Positions 18,208 through 27,462 of a stretch of 64,000 bases of DNA are shown here, piece after piece (the first letter of the stretch is position 1; each line of letters starts with the position of its first letter). The DNA comes from Dehalococcoidales bacterium. Lineage in GTDB: Bacteria > Chloroflexota > Dehalococcoidia > Dehalococcoidales > UBA2162. A program made the translations under genes and the position numbers. The notes below the pieces were generated by a model. The model made no database searches. It saw only the letters and a list, made by a program, of their open reading frames with translations, and had not been told where the DNA came from. Where the stretch lies: NCBI GenBank assembly GCA_034416335.1, contig DAOULV010000003.1, forward strand, positions 45,617 through 109,616, written 5' to 3'.

Positions 18208-18408
18208 ATGGCAGAACCTCAAATAGGTGATGAAGTTCTGGACAAGAATGGCAAGTCGCTGGGTAAAATCGACTATCTTATACGCGACACATGGAGCGGA
18301 GATATAAAGAAGTACATTATATACCAGCAGCTTCCGGACGAGGATATATCTTTCTCACCCGAAGATATTTCAGAGATAACCGATAGTAACGTGGTATTAA
18401 ATATTTAA
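18208..18408 (+). CDS. small conserved hypothetical (PRC-barrel/DUF2171-like)
   Basis: 66-aa ORF with GGTGAGAG upstream. The IGDEVLDKNGKSLGKIDYLI pattern resembles PRC-barrel-type small proteins. Confidence 0.45.
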   Translation: MAEPQIGDEVLDKNGKSLGKIDYLIRDTWSGDIKKYIIYQQLPDEDISFSPEDISEITDSNVVLNI

Positions 18409-18466
18409 GTTAACCGAGAAACAGAAGAACCTCGATAGAAAAGGACCTCTAGATAATAGAAACAAT

Positions 18467-18489
18467 GGGAGTAGCTTCAGGCTACTCCC
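18467..18489 (+). terminator. intrinsic terminator-like hairpin after 18208..18408
   Basis: GGGAGTAGC-TTCAG-GCTACTCCC (9-bp stem) followed by ATTTCAGTTT. Confidence 0.5.
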
Positions 18490-18574
18490 ATTTCAGTTTG
18501 CGATTGTGGACAATCCTGGATTTACCTTTACAAAGGTGATGCTTAAAGCTAAAATAATATGCAACACACTCTGA

Positions 18575-18651
18575 GGGCAGTTAGCTCAGCTGGTCAGAGC
18601 ACTCGGTTCACATCCGAGAGGTCACTGGTTCGAGTCCAGTACTGCCCACCA
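18575..18651 (+). tRNA. tRNA-Val (anticodon CAC)
   Basis: Acceptor GGGCAGT/ACTGCCC, anticodon stem CTCGG/CCGAG with loop TTCACAT, T-arm ACTGG-TTCGAGT-CCAGT, encoded CCA. Confidence 0.95.
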
Positions 18652-19078
18652 TGGTACTCATATCACCATAGTATTACCGCATTTACTCTCAAATTGTTAG
18701 GTTAACTGGATTCTTTCATTCTAAACTCATTTTCCTCTTGTGCCTAAACTCAGTTCAAGTCCATTATGGTCATTTCCCCGGATTCGTACTGCTCAGCCGG
18801 CTTTTTCTAAAACCGCTCAAATTCCAGAAAAACGATACTGGGAGCGGAATTGCCGGGTAAGGTTGAAGATAACGACACGAACGTTAAATCATTCAAGATT
18901 GGAGACCGGATCATAAACTATATTGGAATGAAACCATGAGCAATACGGAGTATGTCTGTCTTCCCGAAAAATCACAATACAGCGCGAATTTGTGGATTTC
19001 CATTAAACCGACATCGTGATGTTTGATTTCTTGTATGTACGAACCGCAGAGAGAGAAAGAGTTTATTCAGATAGTTAT

Positions 19079-19471
19079 TTAACCATTTATCCTTAAATGC
19101 TTTATCTTGATTGACGTTTCTTTTAATTTCATTTCTTTTCTAAGTTCGCGTCTTAAAGATTCGAGTAAATCACCTAAATCAGTACTTTTACCATATGCAA
19201 ATTCATTAGATGCCTTTATCGCTAATTCTATTTGTTTATCGTTGCCAAATAATTGTATATCGGCTATCGCTGATTCGAATTCAGATATCTGAAAATCTTT
19301 CCTTGCTGCTACATTTTCTAGTCTTCTCCACGCTGATATTAAATATTCAACTACTATATCTTGTTTCTTATGATTCCGTTCGCGCATTGAAGATAGTACA
19401 TGTACTACATACCAACCAATAACGGCAACAACTGTAGTAAACATTAATGGAATTAATATCTCAGTATTCAT
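19079..19471 (-). CDS. hypothetical protein with an N-terminal TM helix, in the AT-rich islet
   Basis: 130-aa ORF in a visibly AT-rich stretch. A 10-bp inverted repeat CGATGTCATG...CATGACATCG lies just upstream (about 19488..19537). I recognise no family. Confidence 0.4.
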   Translation of the reverse strand: MNTEILIPLMFTTVVAVIGWYVVHVLSSMRERNHKKQDIVVEYLISAWRRLENVAARKDFQISEFESAIADIQLFGNDKQIELAIKASNEFAYGKSTDLGDLLESLRRELRKEMKLKETSIKIKHLRING

Positions 19472-19773
19472 TATTCACCTCTGGCTTTTCCGATGTCATG
19501 TTTTTAACACATAACCTTTTTTATTTCCCATGACATCGTTTATATTTTGGTCCACTCCAACAAGGACAATGGTAACAGAAAAAAAGTTTCCTTTTATATT
19601 TCGATCCGGATATACTAATCTACCCTTGAACGAACATCATGAAACTTAATAAAAGATATGATTTCCATTATCTCTTCTTATTCGAGATTAATATAACAAT
19701 TTGGACAAATTTTACCTTACTTGTTTCCGATAATCAACGAAAAATTCCGTACTTCTTGAATCATATCCTTTTT

Positions 19774-19803
19774 CTCAAACAGTAGTTCGGGAACTGTCAA
19801 CCA
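19774..19803 (+). repeat. 30-bp direct repeat, left copy (CTCAAACAGTAGTTCGGGAACTGTCAACCA)
   Basis: Identical at 29 of 30 positions to 20370..20399. It contains the palindrome AGTTC-GG-GAACT. Confidence 0.9.
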
Positions 19804-19893
19804 TGGCTATTATTCGTAAAATCTCCGGTTTGATTGTTATAATCACCCTCTATTGATATAATACTTGTAAGAATTAGTAAGGAAATATAGCGT

Positions 19894-20115
19894 ATGAAAT
19901 ATACGGTAATTGTGGAAAAAGGCAATGAATCTGGCTTCGTGGTTTACGCGCCTGCTTTGAAGGGTTGCGTTTCACAGGGTGAAACAAAAGAGGAGGCTCT
20001 GAAAAACATCAAAGAAGCCATGGAAGCCTACGTAGAAGCCCTTCTTGAAGACGGATTGCCTATACCGACCGAAGTAGGTAAGGATACAGTCGAGCTTGAG
20101 GTAGCCGCTAAGTGA
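19894..20115 (+). CDS. hicB: type II antitoxin, HicB family (UPF0150)
   Basis: MKYTVIVEKGNESGFVVYAPALKGCVSQGETKEEALKNIKEAMEAYVEALLEDGLPIP is the classic short HicB fold signature. Confidence 0.85.
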   Translation: MKYTVIVEKGNESGFVVYAPALKGCVSQGETKEEALKNIKEAMEAYVEALLEDGLPIPTEVGKDTVELEVAAK

Positions 20116-20336
20116 CGAAGCTGCCACGAGGATTATCGGGTAGAGAAGTAATTAAGGCTCTGCAAAAAGCAGGTTTTTTCATCAAGCGACAGAAAGGCAG
20201 CCATATCATTATCCGAAGAGATGACCCATTTTCTCAGGTAGTAGTGCCGGACCATAAGAATATTGACACCGGGACTCTTTCCTCAATTCTCGACGGAGCC
20301 GATCTATCAACAGAAGAATTCATCAAGCTACTCTAG
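20112..20336 (+). CDS. hicA: type II toxin, HicA family mRNA interferase
   Basis: SGREVIKALQKAGFFIKRQKGSHIIIRR...VVPDHKNIDTGTLSSILDGADLSTEEF matches the HicA/YcfA motif order. The GTG start overlaps the hicB stop by 4 nt. Confidence 0.85.
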   Translation: MTKLPRGLSGREVIKALQKAGFFIKRQKGSHIIIRRDDPFSQVVVPDHKNIDTGTLSSILDGADLSTEEFIKLL

Positions 20337-20369
20337 TAAGAGTTTTATCTCCGGTATAAGTCTCTTCAT

Positions 20370-20399
20370 CTCAAACAGGAGTTCGGGAACTGTCAACCA
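20370..20399 (+). repeat. 30-bp direct repeat, right copy (CTCAAACAGGAGTTCGGGAACTGTCAACCA)
   Basis: See 19774..19803. It starts 34 nt after the hicA stop. Confidence 0.9.
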
Positions 20400-20630
20400 A
20401 GGTCCACCATACTGGACAATAGAGGGAACCCCCGGACTTCTTCATTAAGGTTATCCGGAGGTAATTGGAAAGGTATATCGGATTTTACCCTCGTTACCTG
20501 TAACCTTTACTTCTTTTTTTATAAAGCCTTTTGTGAATGCTTTTCTTTCTGGAAGATTTCTGCTATAGAAGTAATTATTACTGATTTAGAAAGGGTAATT
20601 TTTAGTCAATTACAGCAAGGAGGTACTTAT

Positions 20631-21500
20631 ATGGCTGTTAAAACAGTGGGGCTTCTCAGCCCCGGAGATATGGGACATGCGGTCGGCGCTGTTCTGGTAA
20701 AAAGCAGAACCAGGGTTATCACCTGCCTGGAAGGGCGCAGCGAACGTACTACCGCACTGGCAGCTAAAGCCGGAATCGAGAATGTACCTTCTTACCAGGC
20801 ACTGGTGAAAGAGACGGACATAATTATATCCATCCTGGTACCGGCTGAGGCAAAAAATGCGGCAGGAATGGTCGCAAAAGCACTTGAAGAGACCGGCGAG
20901 AAAATAACGTATGCCGACTGTAACGCAATTGCACCTCAAACTGTCCGGGAAATCGGCAAGATAATAACAGGGGCCGGGAGCAACTTTGTGGATGGCGGAA
21001 TTATCGGTGGACCACCCGCGCCAGGGGTGATGAACAGGATATATGTTTCCGGGCCTGATACAGAGCAATTCGTCGAACTGTCTGAATATGGACTGGATAT
21101 AAGAGCAATCGGTCCGGAGATCGGACAGGCGTCCGGCTTAAAAATGGTTTACGCTGCCCTTACCAAAGGTACATCTGCACTCGCCCTGGAGCTTCTAGTT
21201 GCAGCGAAAAGATTGAACCTCTACGACGCACTCATAGCCGAATGGGAAATGAGCCAGGCAGACAGGTATGAATCTTTCAAGAGGGGACTTCAAAGCGTGC
21301 CGAGTAAATCCCACCGCTGGATAGGAGAAATGGAGGAGATAGCTAAAACATTCGGACACGTGGGGCTTACCCCGAAAATTCTCGAAGGAGCTGCCGAAGT
21401 GTACCGCTTCGTGGGAAGTAATCCTGTTTCCAGCGAAACACCCGAAACAATAGACAGAAACAGGACCCTTGAACAACTAATAGAGAATCTGGCAAAATAA
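20631..21500 (+). CDS. NAD(P)-dependent oxidoreductase (6-phosphogluconate-dehydrogenase-like N-domain + DUF1932-like C-domain)
   Basis: VGLLSPGDMGHAVG Rossmann motif, FVDGGIIGGPP, GQASGLKMVYAALTKG. Confidence 0.65.
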   Translation: MAVKTVGLLSPGDMGHAVGAVLVKSRTRVITCLEGRSERTTALAAKAGIENVPSYQALVKETDIIISILVPAEAKNAAGMVAKALEETGEKITYADCNAIAPQTVREIGKIITGAGSNFVDGGIIGGPPAPGVMNRIYVSGPDTEQFVELSEYGLDIRAIGPEIGQASGLKMVYAALTKGTSALALELLVAAKRLNLYDALIAEWEMSQADRYESFKRGLQSVPSKSHRWIGEMEEIAKTFGHVGLTPKILEGAAEVYRFVGSNPVSSETPETIDRNRTLEQLIENLAK

Positions 21501-21543
21501 CCTTCACCCAAACGAAACTCAAAATGGTTTCAGGAGGAGAACA

Positions 21544-22353
21544 ATGCGAGGAGAAACGCATAGTCTATTTGATTTGACCGGCAAGGTTGCAATTGTGACT
21601 GGTGGAGGGAGCGGCCTGGGGCGTGAATTTTGTGACGTTTTGGCTGAATACGGGGCCGATGTTATTTGTCCCGACCTTTATAAAGAACGGGCTGATGAAA
21701 CCTGTAAAATCATTGAAAAATACGGGCATAAAACACTGGCGATTGAGAGCGATTTATCACGGTACGACCATGTCGAGGCCATGTTCAAGCAGGTGATGGA
21801 GAATTTCGGCAGAATCGATATACTGGTTAACAATGCCGGTATCTCAGCGCAGCCTGCGCTAATCGGTGAAGTAGACCTGGAAGACTGGCATAAAGTGATT
21901 AATATAGATCTTCACGGTGTATTTTATTGTATGAGAGAGGGTCTCAGAATCATGGCAGAGCAAAAGGCAGGAACGATTATAAATATAGCTTCGATACTCG
22001 GTATTATGGTGACTCCTCCTTCCGTTCTATCGGTCCCACCCTATGTTGCAGCTAAATTTGCAGTTGTCGGACTTACCAAGGAAGCCGCCGGGGAATACGG
22101 GCAATACGGTATCAGGGTAAATTGCATCGCACCGGGGTTTCATCACGGCACCAGGTTAGGTGAAGGAGGGGTTGGACAACAAAAACAGGACAAACCTTCG
22201 GAGAGCCGACCGGAAGTAATAGAGAGAACACCCCTGCAACGAACCGCATCGCCTGAAGAACTTAAAGGCTTGCTGCTGTACCTTGCCTCGGATAGCTCGG
22301 GTTTCTTAACCGGCCAGATTATCGCCCACGATGGAGGTCTATCTGTCTGGTAG
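21544..22353 (+). CDS. short-chain dehydrogenase/reductase (SDR)
   Basis: TGGGSGLG, NNAG, and YVAAK (YxxxK). Confidence 0.85.
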   Translation: MRGETHSLFDLTGKVAIVTGGGSGLGREFCDVLAEYGADVICPDLYKERADETCKIIEKYGHKTLAIESDLSRYDHVEAMFKQVMENFGRIDILVNNAGISAQPALIGEVDLEDWHKVINIDLHGVFYCMREGLRIMAEQKAGTIINIASILGIMVTPPSVLSVPPYVAAKFAVVGLTKEAAGEYGQYGIRVNCIAPGFHHGTRLGEGGVGQQKQDKPSESRPEVIERTPLQRTASPEELKGLLLYLASDSSGFLTGQIIAHDGGLSVW

Positions 22354-22396
22354 AAAAGGTACCTTTGAATAAAGACTTTTCGAAAGAAGGTGAAAA

Positions 22397-23137
22397 ATGA
22401 TATTGGCCGACAAGGTAGCAATTGTTACAGGGGCAGCTTCCGGCATGGGGGAAGCTATAGCCATGTTGTTTGCCAGAGAAGGTGCCGGTGTGGTTGTAGC
22501 TGACATCAATGATACGGGTGGTGAAGAGACTGCGGCAGCGATTAATGCCGATAACGGCAGGGCTATCTTTGTCCACACAGATGTATCACAATCATCTGAC
22601 GTTAAAAATCTTATCGATGCCGCCAGGAATGAATTTTCAAAAATCGACATACTTGTTAATAATGCCGGTATCTTTATGAAATTGACTCCGGTAGAAGAAA
22701 TTGACGAATCAGTCTGGGATCAAATCTACTCTGTGAACGTTAAAGGTATTTTCCACGGGGCGCGGTTCGTTGTACCCGAGATGAAAAAATCCGGAGGCGG
22801 TGTGATATTAAATACTGCTTCCATGACGGGGCACAGACCTGGATCACTGCAGTCCGCTTACGCGAGTTCCAAGGGTGCTGCTATTACGTTAACTAAGGCA
22901 TTGGCAGGTGAACTGGCCCCTTATAAGATACGAGTTAATTGTATATGCCCTGCTTTAACGGAGACGCCCATGTTGTTCAATTCCGAGTTGTGGGAACATG
23001 TGTCGGACATTCCTCACCCATTGGGAAGATTATCCAGACCGGAAGATATAGCCCGCGCAGCCCTGTATCTGGTTTCGGATGATGCCTCAATGATAACCGG
23101 AATATGCCTGGACGTGAATGGTGGACAGGGAGTCTAG
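22397..23137 (+). CDS. short-chain dehydrogenase/reductase (SDR)
   Basis: TGAASGMG, NNAGI, YASSK (YxxxK) and a PGxxxT-like CPALTETP. Confidence 0.85.
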   Translation: MILADKVAIVTGAASGMGEAIAMLFAREGAGVVVADINDTGGEETAAAINADNGRAIFVHTDVSQSSDVKNLIDAARNEFSKIDILVNNAGIFMKLTPVEEIDESVWDQIYSVNVKGIFHGARFVVPEMKKSGGGVILNTASMTGHRPGSLQSAYASSKGAAITLTKALAGELAPYKIRVNCICPALTETPMLFNSELWEHVSDIPHPLGRLSRPEDIARAALYLVSDDASMITGICLDVNGGQGV

Positions 23138-23193
23138 GTTTCCACCGAAGCCCTTTGTATTCAGGTCTTAATCACTATTCGAAAAGCCGGTAC

Positions 23194-24051
23194 CTATTGC
23201 CATATATCGACCTTTTCTCCTGCCGTACAAATTACCAGGAAAATAAGAGGGCTGCCGACATTCCGTACTGTGACCGGACAATGTTTCAAGTTTGGTGGTA
23301 TCGATACGATCGTCGCGGTATTAAAAACATGCTCTTCCAGTTCCTCACCGAGGCAGACAGTTACTTCCGCATTCAGATCTTTTACGTTTTCAGGATTGCC
23401 GCCGAGGAAACACAATAGTTCATGATGATTATGAGCATGGGTACCTGGTGCCGAATAGGCCGGATAAATTCCATGGTACCCGAGAGTCGTACCGCTCCGG
23501 TATTCATTATGGATAGCCGAAATCGACATGCCCATATAACCCGGCTCTCTTTCTTTATAAAAGGGGCCTTGTATAATATTCATCCAGTATTTTTTACCGT
23601 CATTCGTGAGGGGACTGCCTTCTCTCATCATTTGTAATTGCCTGTCCTGACCGTCAGTGGCTTTTTTATCCTCGTATTCTTTAGTTGTGGTTATCCTGAG
23701 AAATACGAATGGTTTACTGTATCCTTTCAATCGTACGGGATTGTGCTTCAAACCGGGTGGAATCGAGACTACTGTGGCGGAGGTTATGACGTGTTCTTCA
23801 TTCTCGTCGCCCAGGCACAGGCTTACTTCTGCTCCCAGGTCCATGACGTTACCGGGTTCACCGCCGAGGAAACAAAGCAGTTCCCAGGCATCATGGACTT
23901 GACTGTCATCGATAGACCAGTCAGCTTTGTTGACGCAATGATACGCATAGGTTAATCCTATCCTGTCGCGATCGTCGTAAGAAAAAATCGGGGGGTTGTC
24001 ATCTGTAAATGGTTCCCGGATCACATGTTTCCCATATTTCGTCTCAGCCAT
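23194..24051 (-). CDS. tandem double cupin-like protein of unknown function
   Basis: Internal duplication: ELLCFLGGEPGNVMDLGAEVSLCLGDENEEHVITSATVVSIPPGLKHNPV versus ELLCFLGGNPENVKDLNAEVTVCLGEELEEHVFNTATIVSIPPNLKHCPV. Paralogous pattern to 58134..59270. Confidence 0.55.
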   Translation of the reverse strand: MAETKYGKHVIREPFTDDNPPIFSYDDRDRIGLTYAYHCVNKADWSIDDSQVHDAWELLCFLGGEPGNVMDLGAEVSLCLGDENEEHVITSATVVSIPPGLKHNPVRLKGYSKPFVFLRITTTKEYEDKKATDGQDRQLQMMREGSPLTNDGKKYWMNIIQGPFYKEREPGYMGMSISAIHNEYRSGTTLGYHGIYPAYSAPGTHAHNHHELLCFLGGNPENVKDLNAEVTVCLGEELEEHVFNTATIVSIPPNLKHCPVTVRNVGSPLIFLVICTAGEKVDIWQ

Positions 24052-24179
24052 TTATGTTATCGTCCTCTCGTCCCCGCGGAAATTTCCTTAATGTAAAAGC
24101 ATCCTCGCCTGTTTGTCAAAAACTACGTCCTAACCTTTCCTGTACTATTTTCGTGTGTATTCCCTGATAAGGCCGTTTC

Positions 24180-26213
24180 TTACTTCCCACCCTCTGCAAA
24201 CCGCCGGAAATAATCAGTGCATATGTCCCGCCATAATCCGGCGTTTTTATATTGTTCTTCCAGTCTTTTACGGACGTGTTCGTATCGCTGCGGGTCTACT
24301 TTATCCTTCAGTTTTTCCCAGGCATTGCACATTCCAGCCACGTATTCGACTCCCGAATTATAGCGATATTCTAACTCATCATAGAGCATCCTTCCCGATT
24401 TTAGCCGGTAGTCCCAGGGAACGTGGTGGAACCACAGCAGGTATTTTTCAGGGCAGGTCTCCAATTTACCGTATTCTTCGCACATCGGACTGAAATACTG
24501 ATCGGTAGCATTACTGCCGGTGCTGCTGCGGTCGAACCCGAGACCTTTATTATCAGCTCTGTGATAATATACCGAATTCCAGTCTTCCCTCCCGGCACCA
24601 CCGAAAGCAGGAGCGGGACCGTAATGATGCCCTTCCTGCATAATATGGTGCAGACCGAGCGGCGTCATATAATTAACGCAGGCTTCCCAGGCACCGAGCA
24701 TCATCTTTTTAATAGAATCGACAACATCGGAGTCGTTCGACCACGTCATCCGTGTCCATTCTTCGCAGATATCTTCGCTTTTTAGTGAATGGTCCCACGC
24801 CAGGCGTCCGTATGCGTACCAGTTCGCCTGGGCAAAGTGATGGCCGCACCAGTTTCGTTCCGAGCCGGTATTTGCCACGCCGACTATAGCCGAATCTTCA
24901 TTCCCGAAAAGCGAACCGTCGATAACTCCCGAGACCGGCGAGTCCTTTCCTCTCGAATATGTATCGGAATCCAGGACCTCTTTCCACATCGGTGCTAGAT
25001 AGACCAGGTGAACCGCCTGCCCGAGGTACTCCTGTGTAATCTGCAGTTCGAGAGCCAGCGGTGTTTCCGGCATGGCGCCGAAAAGAGGATGAAAAGGTTC
25101 TCTCGGCTGAAAATCTACAGGTCCGTTTTTCACCTGTACAAAAGCTCCGGAATCAAACTTACCGTCAAGCGGCATAAATTCTCTGTAGGCGCATTTAGCC
25201 CTGTCTTTATCGATTGAAGTATCATAAACAAACGCTCTCCAGAGTACCACTCCCCGGTGAGGACGCAGTGCATCGACCAGCATATTGGCACCATCGTGGT
25301 GGTCCGCGCCGTAATCCTGCGGACCCGGCTGCCCTTCAGAAGCCGCTTTAACCTGAAATCCTCCGAAATCCGGTATCAAACCGTATATTTCATCGACTTT
25401 TTCCTTCCACCATCGGGCTACTTCAGGTTCACGCGGGTCGGATGTCGACAGTCCTCCCAGCTTCACGGGGGCATCGAAAAGCACCGACAGGTAAATCCGT
25501 ATGCCGTACGGACGCAATACATCAGCCAGCGCCGCCGTCTTGACTAAATAATCGGTACTCAGGCTTTCAACCTGGCTGTTAGCATTGTTCAGCACAGACC
25601 CGTTTATCCCAATTGACGCGCAAGTCCTGGCGTAATCACGGTATCGCGGATCGATTTTTTGCGGCAACTCAGCCCACTTCCACAATGAGGCGCCGGCATA
25701 TCCACGCTCAACAGAACCATCGATATTGTCCCAGTGGCACAAAATCCTGCGGTGAATCCGGGGATAGCTAAGAATATCGATTCTTCTTATATCCCGGTAT
25801 GTCTGGAGTAGTCTCAGGAAATGGAATACTCCCGTTATCAGACCTGTATTGGAGTTTGCAGTAACGATAATCCACTCGTTTTCATCGGCCTTTACGTGGC
25901 GAATTAAAAAACCGTCTTCTCCCATTGCCAGACAATCCGCCCCGGGTACAACCAGGTCAATTTTAGTTAAATCTTCAACGGTGCCTAAAATCAGCCCGTT
26001 GTGAGAAGGTTTCGTTCGCCTAACCGGTATCTTTTTATCAAGCATTGCCGGCAGGGCAAGGTCCAGTTCATACCTTATAACCTCGTACGCCGGGCCCTTT
26101 CCGAGTATCGTGATACTATCTATCGTCTGGCGGTATTGCTCCAGCCTGGCATCATCATTTACTATGCAATATCGCAGCCATAACCGGTAACCGTCTTCAT
26201 TCTTATACATCAT
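24180..26213 (-). CDS. aguA: alpha-glucuronidase, glycoside hydrolase family 67
   Basis: EDGYRLWLRY N-terminus, 677 aa long, VLWRAFVY, ELQITQEYLGQ, and FDRSSTGSNATDQY. These match GH67 hallmarks as I recall them. Confidence 0.8.
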   Translation of the reverse strand: MMYKNEDGYRLWLRYCIVNDDARLEQYRQTIDSITILGKGPAYEVIRYELDLALPAMLDKKIPVRRTKPSHNGLILGTVEDLTKIDLVVPGADCLAMGEDGFLIRHVKADENEWIIVTANSNTGLITGVFHFLRLLQTYRDIRRIDILSYPRIHRRILCHWDNIDGSVERGYAGASLWKWAELPQKIDPRYRDYARTCASIGINGSVLNNANSQVESLSTDYLVKTAALADVLRPYGIRIYLSVLFDAPVKLGGLSTSDPREPEVARWWKEKVDEIYGLIPDFGGFQVKAASEGQPGPQDYGADHHDGANMLVDALRPHRGVVLWRAFVYDTSIDKDRAKCAYREFMPLDGKFDSGAFVQVKNGPVDFQPREPFHPLFGAMPETPLALELQITQEYLGQAVHLVYLAPMWKEVLDSDTYSRGKDSPVSGVIDGSLFGNEDSAIVGVANTGSERNWCGHHFAQANWYAYGRLAWDHSLKSEDICEEWTRMTWSNDSDVVDSIKKMMLGAWEACVNYMTPLGLHHIMQEGHHYGPAPAFGGAGREDWNSVYYHRADNKGLGFDRSSTGSNATDQYFSPMCEEYGKLETCPEKYLLWFHHVPWDYRLKSGRMLYDELEYRYNSGVEYVAGMCNAWEKLKDKVDPQRYEHVRKRLEEQYKNAGLWRDICTDYFRRFAEGGK

Positions 26214-26354
26214 GTTCTTTTCACTATAAGGCTGAAGCCAATCTAGAGGCAGAGTGTACTATCTCAAAGAACAGGTAAGCAAGGAACAGGGAGTTTATCC
26301 AGATACACCGGATATTCCAGACTTTGACCATTGATTACATTATCAGAAAATTCA

Positions 26355-26501
26355 TTAATAAATAAGGCAAGTATTATCAGTCTCAGGGAAAACAAAGGAA
26401 GTATCAGATTGCGTCATCGTAGACTGTACAATCAGGATTACAAGGGCGGCAACAAGTAGCAGTAAAATAATTGCGCTCGATATAAAAAAACGCTTTTTCA
26501 A
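26355..26501 (-). CDS. possible 48-aa membrane-anchored micro-protein
   Basis: TTG start 5 nt after AGGAGGG. Sequence: KKRFFISSAIILLLLVAALVILIV... It is below the ORF-track threshold and is supported only by the RBS and hydrophobicity. Confidence 0.25.
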   Translation of the reverse strand: MKKRFFISSAIILLLLVAALVILIVQSTMTQSDTSFVFPETDNTCLIY

Positions 26502-26807
26502 TTCGTCCCTCCTGAAAACGCGCAGCTACCTAAAACTAAAAACCACAATTCGACAAAGTCGTCAGGAATTTTATCTTACATAGATATATACATATGTGTT
26601 TCAATTATCGATAAAGTATTGTGGCTGTATAGAGTATAGTTCGCACCTGAATCAATGTCAATAGTTTAATGTCGCATACGACAAATAATCCGATTTTTTT
26701 ATATTTTCCCTGGAACTTAGAGTGGAATTATTATTGCCAAAAATGGAATTATATTGTATGATTACTGCCACCGAGTATTAACCGTTTTCATCAGAAAGGA
26801 GAAACCG

Positions 26808-27308
26808 ATGGCAGAAAGTCCAAAAATAACAGTTCGTAAAATGACCAGGGGAGATCTTGCCAAGATAAATGCCGTTGACAATTCACTACGGGGCAGGAAC
26901 AGGGTCACCACCTGGCCGTTCTCTTTTGATATGTACTGGAGAATATATGAACCCGAGATTTGCTACGTTGCAGAATTGAATGGTGACGTCGCAGGTTTTG
27001 TCGCCGGGGTTATCGAGAAAGAAGAAAGAAGCAAATTTCTCATCAACCAGCCGCGCACGGTTGCAAGTCCGATAGGCGACAACCCGAAAGTGGGATGGAT
27101 TGAAATGATGGGTGTTCATGCCGATTACTGGGGTAAGGGTATCGGTATGGCATTAATAGACGCTTTTACCGAAGAATGCCGGAAAAACGGAGCGATGATG
27201 AGAATCGTTGTCAGAGATGACGATGAACCGCTAAAAAGCTTCTTAATCGGACGTGGTTTTAACCGGTCTATCTTCGTTTCCTACAACAAGGATCCCAGGC
27301 AGACCTAG
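26808..27308 (+). CDS. GNAT family N-acetyltransferase
   Basis: IEMMGVHADYWGKGIGMALIDAF is the acetyl-CoA-binding motif A (Q/RxxGxG/A). The ATG at 26808 follows AAGGAG. Confidence 0.8.
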   Translation: MAESPKITVRKMTRGDLAKINAVDNSLRGRNRVTTWPFSFDMYWRIYEPEICYVAELNGDVAGFVAGVIEKEERSKFLINQPRTVASPIGDNPKVGWIEMMGVHADYWGKGIGMALIDAFTEECRKNGAMMRIVVRDDDEPLKSFLIGRGFNRSIFVSYNKDPRQT

Positions 27309-27328
27309 TCATCCGACTGAATAATTAA

Positions 27329-27367
27329 AACAATGCACTGACCAAAAGTCAGTGCATTGTTTTTTAT
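27329..27367 (+). terminator. intrinsic terminator
   Basis: AACAATGCACTGAC-CAAAA-GTCAGTGCATTGTT (14-bp stem) followed by TTTTT. Confidence 0.85.
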
Positions 27368-27462
27368 AACCGTAACAACCGAAATCATCACCTGGAAATA
27401 CAGGATGACAGAAAGTAAAAAATCATATAAACTATCTACGAATAATTTAGAGGAGAGAATAC

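Noticed and set aside
19774-20399. The hicBA-flanking 30-bp repeats as integron attC sites
   Set aside because: I could find no R''/R' core pair (RYYYAAC ... GTTRRRY) with the expected imperfect-palindrome architecture. There is no intI integrase or attI nearby, and there is only one cassette.
18652-20630. An intact integrative element at tRNA-Val
   Set aside because: There is no integrase or excisionase gene, and no convincing direct repeat of the tRNA 3' end downstream; only a 7-nt CCACCAT match occurs near 20404. At best this is a decayed islet.
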